Below, in pieces: positions 55,840-64,000 of a DNA stretch of 64,000 nucleotides (position 1 is the first letter of the stretch; each line of letters starts with the position of its first letter). The notes beneath the pieces were generated by a model. It was not told where the DNA came from. It worked only from the letters and a program-made list of their open reading frames with translations, and made no database searches. Position numbers and translations under genes: made by a program. The stretch is from Eledone cirrhosa (lineage: Eukaryota), in the NCBI GenBank assembly GCA_964016885.1, contig OZ024751.1:36332001-36396000 (forward strand). Reading direction: 5' to 3'.

Positions 55840-56393
55840 ATATATATATATATATTTACTTGCCGAAATTATCCACGACGTGGGATCGAAAGAGGAAACT
55901 CTTATTAATGGCGGAGTTCTTGATCATTTGGCCAAGTTGCGGTCAATCTATACAAGCATATGTGTGCGTGTGTGTGTGTGTGTGTGTGAGTGTGTGTGTG
56001 TGTGTATCTGTGTGTGTGTGTATGTGTGTGTATATATATGTGTGTGTGTGTGTATCGGTGTGTGTGTGTATGTGTGTGTATGTATATGTGTGTGTATCTG
56101 TGTGTGTGTGTGTGTATGTGTGTGTCTGTATATGTGTGTGTATCTGTGTGTGTGTGTGTGTGTGTATGGGTGTGTCTGTATATGTGTGTGTATGCGTGTC
56201 TTTCATTTGTCACTTGGTGGGTTTAGCAGAATTCGATCGCTTTGAAAGATTTGGCCAACATCCAGACGTGTGAATAATAGACACGCGCGACATACTACTT
56301 CCGGTTATATATCTTTGATATTCTCATTGTCATAGGATACCAATGAAAACAGTCATATACAACATATACATACATACATATATATATATATCT

Positions 56394-56546
<153 letters not shown>

Positions 56547-56769
56547 TATTTGTGACTTAGTCTACCATGACACAAATACATCATGGTGGTCTTATATATT
56601 GTCATCAGTATTTACTATCACAGCTCTCTCTCTCTCTCTCTCCCAAACACTCACTTTCTCTCTCTTTCTCTCACACATACACTCTATCACGCCCCCCTCC
56701 ACACACACTATCTCTCTCTCTCTTTCTCTCTCTTACACATACTCTCTATCACACACTCTCTCTCTCCCC

Positions 56770-56800
<31 letters not shown>

Positions 56801-58208
56801 TCCCTCTTTCTCTCTTTCTCTCTCTCTCTCTCTCCCCATCTCTCCCCCTCCCTATCTCTCTCTCCCCATCTCTCCCTCTCCCTATATCTCTCTCCCTCTC
56901 CCTATCTCTCTCTCCCTTTCCCTATCTCTCTCTCCCTATCTCTCTCTCTCAGTTATATATCCCACCACCTCCAACCGCCTCTCTATCTAATCTATTGGCT
57001 CAAAAGTATATGAGTCGTCGTCGAACACTCACGTAATTCCTAACAATACATATTATATCACTTGTGATGTATTCTGGTAAAACTTTCAGTTGAGATATTG
57101 TCTGTCTCTTCTGTGCCATTAATAAATTACACACCTCCGTCCGGTCTTCCTGCCCATGTCATCATCCATCAACCAACACACCTCACACCAGACACGAATC
57201 CTCTTCCGTAAACGGAAACGACGAAAACACCGCAACCACGCACCAGCGCTAACATGACAACCTAGCTTCTTTCAACGACACCACCTGACCCGTGTCAGCG
57301 TGAGTGAGTGAGTGTGTGTGTGTGTGTGTGTATGTGTGCTTGTATGTGTGTGTTTGTGTGTGTGTGTTTGTGTGTGTTTGTATGTGTGTACGCGTAAGTG
57401 TGTGTGCTTGTATGTGTGTGTTTGTGTTCGTGTGTGTGTGTTTGTACGTGTATGTGTGTATGTGTGTGTTTGTATGTGTGTGTTTGTGTGTGTGTGTGGT
57501 TGTATGTGTCTACGTGTATGTGTGTGTGCATGTATGTGTGTGTTTGTGTGTGTGTACGTGTATGTGTGTGTGTGTGTGTGTACGTGTGTGTGTGTGTGCT
57601 TGTGTGTGTGTGTGTGTTTGTGTATGTGTACGTGTCTGTGTGTGTGTGTGTGCGTGTGTTTGTGTGTGTGTGTACGTGTATGTGTGTGTGTATGTGTGTG
57701 CTTGTATGTGTGTGTTTGTGTGTGTACGTGTGTGTGTGTTTCTGTGAGTGTGTGTGTCTGTGTCTGTCTCTGTGTTTGAGTGTGTATGGATGTATGTCCC
57801 CCATATATGTATCTATTATGTATTTATGTCCACATATAAGTATGTATGTGTAGTATGTGTACATATAAGTATGTATATAAGTATGTGTGTGGGGGGGGAG
57901 TATGTATGTATACATGTATGGGGTGTATATACGTTTATCTGTATATAAGGTCGTATGTATATATGCATATATGTATGTATATATATACTTATGTATGTAT
58001 GTGTGTGTGAGCGTGTGTATGTGAGTGAGTGTGTGTTCAGTTATGGGTGTTGTTGTATGTGTAGATTCGTATGTTTTGAATTAAAAGTGCATATATTTTA
58101 GTATCTATACATGTGTATATGACGTTATTACATGTTGGATTTCTTGTCAACGCACGTTTAAAATTCCATTAATTGACTTAAATTGTAACTTCCTACGTCG
58201 CTGTGACC

Positions 58209-58828
58209 TTTCTGGTTCTATGAAGCCCAGTTTCTCAAGATTTGTACTGAGGCAATTAGTAACATATCTCAGAGTCCCAGTGTCCAAAGGTACACATTTC
58301 TGGTTCTATGAAGCCCAGTTCCTCAAGATTTGTAATGAGGCAATTAGTAACATATCTCAGAGTCCCAGTGTCCAAAGCTACAAATTTCTGGTTCTATGAA
58401 GCCCAGTTTCTCAAGATTTGTACTGAGGCAATTAGTAACATATCTCAGAGTCCCAGTGTCCAAAGGTACAAATTTCTGGTTCTATGAAGCCCAGTTTCTC
58501 AAGATTTGTACTGAGGCAATTAGTAACATATCTCAGAGTCCCAGTGTCCAAAGGTATAAATTTCTGGTTCTATGAAGCCCAGTTTCTCAAGATTTGTACT
58601 GAGGCAATTAGTAACATATCTCAGAGTCCCAGTGTCCAAAGCTACAAATTTCTGGTTCTATGAAGCCCAGTTTCGCAAGATTTGTATTGAGGCAATTAGT
58701 AACATATCTCAGAGTCCCAGTGTCCAAAGGTACAAATTTCTGGTTCTATGAAGCCCAGTCTTTCAAGATTTGTACTGAGGCAGTTAGTAACATTCCTCAG
58801 CGCCCCAGTGACTAAAGGTACAAATTTA
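58209..58828. repeat. Tandem repeat, 88-bp unit, 7 copies
   Basis: tttctggttctatgaagccc starts at 58209, 58297 and every 88 bp thereafter. Confidence 0.97.
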
Positions 58829-59378
58829 AAAGTCTAGTCAGACTAGAATATCTACAGATTCGCCATCAGTTCAGCATAGGCGTTCTAGTTTTCCTTATTC
58901 CTTAGCATTATATCGTTTAGTTGTTTTCTTTTGTAATGTGTTTCTAACAAATCTTTCTAGCTTTGATATAGAAAGCAGGTGATCCCTTAAACCTGTTGTT
59001 AAAGTACTCATTCAATGAAAAAAGAAGAAAGAAAAAGTATTGTCTATACAAAAAGGAGCAATGTACTGCGGCGCAATCGCAGATGAGTACATGGAAGATT
59101 GTACAGACGAAGATATAAAAATATAAGAATATAATAATATAACAAAGACGGAGAAATACGTAGAAGAGGAAAACAAAATGATGCGAAGAATGTCAGACAA
59201 ATGTCATAAAGACACTAGAGATGGAGGTGGTGGATGTAGAGAAGGTGGAGAGGTAGGTAGAGACGACGAACCATCAAAAGGAAATAGTAGACTAGGACAA
59301 GAGTGTCGTGATGAAAGATATATAAACAATTGGTGAAAAGGCCTTGATCGAAAGAAGTTAAGTGAGACACACACACAC

Positions 59379-59477
<99 letters not shown>

Positions 59478-59493
59478 CATACATACTTATACA

Positions 59494-59561
<68 letters not shown>

Positions 59562-59592
59562 CATACATATATGTACATATATATATATGTAC

Positions 59593-59657
<65 letters not shown>

Positions 59658-59672
59658 CATATATACATATAC

Positions 59673-59793
<121 letters not shown>

Positions 59794-59872
59794 CATATAT
59801 ATATATACATATATATATACATATATATATACATATATATATACATATTTATATATACATATTTATATATAC

Positions 59873-59903
<31 letters not shown>

Positions 59904-59905
59904 CA

Positions 59906-59979
<74 letters not shown>

Positions 59980-60076
59980 AGAATGTAAACGATCACTTCT
60001 GCTTGAGTTATGTCAGTAGAAGGAATAGAAGAGTCAAGGAGAGGTCGTCAGAGATTTAAGTCGATTGTACGAGCAA

Positions 60077-60152
<76 letters not shown>

Positions 60153-60165
60153 GTATATACATACA

Positions 60166-60217
<52 letters not shown>

Positions 60218-60404
60218 CGTATATACATATACGTATATATATATAAATATATATATATACCCACACACACCCACGTATATATATATATATAATATAGATA
60301 TATGTATATATATGTTATATAAATATATGCATATATATGCATATATATATATATATATACGTATATATATATATATATACGTATATATATATATATATAT
60401 ATAC

Positions 60405-60438
<34 letters not shown>

Positions 60439-60469
60439 GTATATATATATATATATATACGTATAAATA

Positions 60470-60549
60470 TACTCCAAATATTTGTCGAGTGCTTTTATAT
60501 CAGTTATAAATATTTACTAGTTGTAACCCAACAATTTTAAATATAACTT

Positions 60550-60552
<3 letters not shown>
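60470..60552 (+). mobile_element. 3'-tail-only copy of the 55317-55758 family in (TA)n
   Basis: actccaaatatttgtcgagtgcttttatatcagttataaatatttac...cccaacaatttt matches 55676-55755. Confidence 0.8.
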
Positions 60553-60623
<71 letters not shown>

Positions 60624-61273
60624 TACATATATATATATATATATATGCATACATACATACATGCATACATGCATACATACATACATACATACATACATAC
60701 ATACATACATACATACATACATACATACATACATGAACAAACGAATGACATTTTCAACGTGTTTGTCGAAGAACAGAAATACCAGCAGACACGTGACGTG
60801 ACTGGTTCTTTAGATGCACCGTCATTTGCAGCCGACATATTTCGAGAGTCCACTAAAGTGTCTATATAATGCTTGTATAGTGAATAAGTCGATGATGATG
60901 ATGATGATGGCAGCTGAAGAAGGACGGATTCTTGACTGCGTACATGTATGTGTATGGATGTGTGTGTATGTATGTGTATATATATATATGTGTGTATGTG
61001 TGTGTGAGTATGTGTGTGTGTATGTATGAGTATGCATGTGGATATATGTGTGTGTATGTATGAGTATACATATGTATGTGTGTGTATGTGTGTGTGTGTA
61101 TGTGTGTATGTGTGTGTATGTATATACATATATATATATGTGTGTGTTTGTGTGAGTGAGTATGTGTGCGCGTATGTGTGCATGTGTATGAGTATACATA
61201 TATACATATATATATGTATATAACTCTGTGCCTGTGTGTATATATACACGTGAGTGTATGTGTATAAATATAC

Positions 61274-61350
<77 letters not shown>

Positions 61351-61438
61351 AATATATATATATATGTGTGTGTGTATATATATGTGTGTGTGTATGAGTG
61401 TAAAATTGTGTGTGTGTGTGTGTGTGTATGTGTGTGTG

Positions 61439-61536
<98 letters not shown>

Positions 61537-61981
61537 GGTATGTGTGTGTGTGCGTGAGTGTATGTGCTAGTTGAAATGTGGGTTGAGGTTTGTTAGTATG
61601 GAGTAGAGGAGATTAGTAAAAGATAAATGGTAGGTTTTGATGTAGAAATGTTCACACATATGGATTAGCCATGGGAAAGACTCTAGAGGCTTCTAAGTGG
61701 AAGAGACAACTTGAGAATAGCGCAAGTATCACCAAGCAAACATACACACACTTACCTATAAGGAGACGTTCATACACATACACACGTGTAAGTACTTATA
61801 CAAATCCATACGCAAACACACGTACGAACGTACATACATACATACATACATTCATACATACATTCATGCACACATATGTTTACAAGAGATGTCTACATGA
61901 ATGGACCTGTTATTTTTATCTAAAGACATTTTTTCCAATTCCTTCCCGCCTGTCTCCTCAATCTATCTTATTTCTCATTTT

Positions 61982-62017
61982 TCTTCTGGTGAAGGACTAG
62001 CGTCCGAAACGTTGAGA
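61982..62017 (+). ncRNA. Minimal hammerhead-like motif (family C)
   Basis: TCTT-CTGGTGA-A-GGAC(TAGC)GTCC-GAAA-CG-TT-GAGA; one core change (A6G) and an AACGTT palindrome. Confidence 0.6.
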
Positions 62018-62104
62018 CCTTCTTCCTGCTATATCAAGCGTTAACCTAATATATCCCTTCCATATACTGTATTGATTGTGTTGTTTTATCTGTTTATCTT
62101 TTAC

Positions 62105-62200
<96 letters not shown>

Positions 62201-62206
62201 CTATAT

Positions 62207-62427
62207 AGGAAAAGAGTCAGGATCCCGACGGCTGAGCTCCGTTTCGGCAGCTAGATCCAAGCGGTCCACCTGGTTTCTCACGACACTTTCTTTGTCATAT
62301 ATATATATATATAGGAACGAGTAGGACCCCGACGGTCCTACTCGTTCCTATTACCCACTCTACTACCCTAAGTATTGAGTACTTTGGTGCGTTATGGTCC
62401 ACCTGGTTCCTTACCACATTTCTTCCG

Positions 62428-62429
<2 letters not shown>
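62207..62429 (+). mobile_element. Two adjacent deleted family A elements (62207-62297 and 62312-62429)
   Basis: The second copy folds back as taggaacgagtaggacc-ccgac-ggtcctactcgttccta and then carries the full family tail into (TA)n. Confidence 0.85.
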
Positions 62430-62482
<53 letters not shown>

Positions 62483-62561
62483 TAACAGATTAAAGTTTAA
62501 GCAAAGAATCGCTGCTTTCACCCTTAACGGGATCTTCTGAAACTACCCTATATATATATAT

Positions 62562-62845
62562 AGGTGTGTGAAGCCGTATAAGGCAGTACGTTCGACTCCC
62601 AGATATGACAACACATTCAGCATTGTACTTTATTTCACCTTGTTTCAATGCACTCAGCTTGTATAAATGATCTCTACCTGTGTTTTCAAAGACCAGAATT
62701 TTTTTGTACACTATGTCGTGCTGAATCTCCCTGAGAACTACGTTAAGTGTTCAGGTGTTTGTGAAACGCTTGGTCACTTGCACTTTAATTTCTTGAGTAA
62801 CCATTTCCATTGTTTGTATCAACTGGAACACTCGTCGTCGGAAAT
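62562..62845 (+). mobile_element. Decayed SINE related to family 2
   Basis: tgtgaagccgt head, gttcgactccc B box, actttatttcaccttg, and tail tgaatctccctgagaactacgttaag...cacttgcac...caactggaacactcgtcgtcg. Confidence 0.7.
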
Positions 62846-62874
62846 GATAGTGGATATATATATATATATATAGT

Positions 62875-62974
<100 letters not shown>

Positions 62975-63050
62975 CTGAGGCGGGTACAATTCCCGAGATC
63001 CATGGACGAGTTCTCTCCAGCGGTCTCCGTCCCTCATTATCGCTGCCATA

Positions 63051-63097
<47 letters not shown>

Positions 63098-63203
63098 GTG
63101 TGTGTGTGTGTGTGTATTTTTACATTTATGTTTATTATAAAGCCACTCACCGCTCACGCGCATACAGAAAATGTGTGTGTATGGTGTGGTGTGACGTATA
63201 TAT

Positions 63204-63720
63204 CAGGGACGGTGGAAGCATTTCTGAAATAAGGGTTCAAAATTTGGACAATTTATTTGCAGTGATCAGAGTTTAGCTCTTTGCACTCTAAAATGGTCAG
63301 AAAACTTCGATATTCGATAAACGTAACATGTACATAAATTGTAGCGCATATCCAAATAGATATGTGTTTTGGTAGTTTGGAGAGAAAATATAATTATTGG
63401 AGGAGGGCATGACCCTCCCCACCCACCCACACACACACATCCTCCATCCCCGCCTCAGTCCTACCACCATTGTTTGCACCCTTTCCGAACCTACACTATA
63501 CAACTACTGATTTCCCAAGCCCGCTCTATCCATTATTACCACACCTTCTATTATTTACGACCCGGGAGTGCCACCAAACTCTCCTCCCCTATATGTCGAT
63601 ACCACAAAACTCTCTTTTAATCTTCCTCTCTATATCTACTAAAACCAAACACTACCCCTTTCTATATCAATCACAACACCGCCTCTCTTATCTCACTCTC
63701 TATATCTAACACTAATATAC
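63204..63720 (+). mobile_element. Second copy of the 27661 dispersed repeat
   Basis: CAGGGACGGTGGAAGCATTTCTGA...ttagctctttgcactctaaaatggtcagaaaacttcgata. Confidence 0.7.
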
Positions 63721-63875
63721 TCTCTCACTCTCCATAAATATCTACTCTTAGTAGAGTACTCCGGATTTTACTAAGTTATACACAGGCAGAAATCAATATA
63801 ACTGTGTATATAAATAAATATATATATAAATTATTTATATATATATAAATTATATATATATATATAAGTTATTCC

Positions 63876-63928
63876 GGGCTTCCTGATGATTTCTCACGAA
63901 TGAAACAGTTCTAGCTCTGTAGAAGCTT
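63876..63928 (+). ncRNA. Type I hammerhead ribozyme occupying almost a whole TA-flanked island
   Basis: GGGCTTC-CTGATGA-T-TTC(TCAC)GAA-T-GAA-ACAG(TTCTAGCT)CTGT-A-GAAGCTT. Core is canonical and the site is GUA, after 63921. Confidence 0.8.
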
Positions 63929-64000
63929 TTCTCTATATATATATAGAGTGGGGGGACATTGCGTTTGCGTGGGTGGATGTTTGTACCTTATGTACAGGAC

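Noticed and set aside
58209-58828. 88-bp tandem array as a CRISPR or retrozyme array (minus strand has TTGAGAA...GAAA)
   Set aside because: There are no spacers, and the putative HHR lacks a convincing stem I and a paired or palindromic stem III.
58980-59360. Purine-rich stretch resembling a coding exon
   Set aside because: The candidate frame has stops, and I found no recognisable domain or convincing splice-site pair.
62975-63015. CTGAGGC-GGG...CCC-GAGA-TCCATGGA motif in a TA island
   Set aside because: The geometry is HHR-like, but three core positions deviate and there is no stem I.

Overview
This is a very AT-rich eukaryotic window dominated by (TA)n, (CA)n and (GA)n microsatellites, minisatellites and short interspersed repeats. 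The SINE families and microsatellite load look like an octopod cephalopod genome (inference from recognition, not a database result). No intact protein-coding gene is supported: nearly all ORFs in the track are translations of simple repeats. Recognisable transposon relics are about 20 tRNA-derived SINE copies, a 3' fragment of an RTE-clade LINE, a 5'-truncated L1/Tx1-like LINE with a 21-bp TSD, a decayed mariner transposase, a hAT-type MITE with an 8-bp TSD and a tiny Tc1/mariner-type MITE. The main observation is that many of the short non-microsatellite islands inside (TA)n tracts carry type I hammerhead ribozyme (HHR) motifs. I count about a dozen complete or near-complete motifs on both strands, in several unrelated families, plus many 3' half-motifs. 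These islands have fixed 3' ends, variable 5' ends and insertion-specific fold-back (inverted) arms. This fits non-autonomous Penelope-like or retrozyme-like retroelements targeting (TA)n. One locus (18391-19585) has two identical intact HHRs exactly 589 nt apart, predicting a self-excised and possibly circular 589-nt RNA. All ribozyme structures were folded by eye and their activity is untested.
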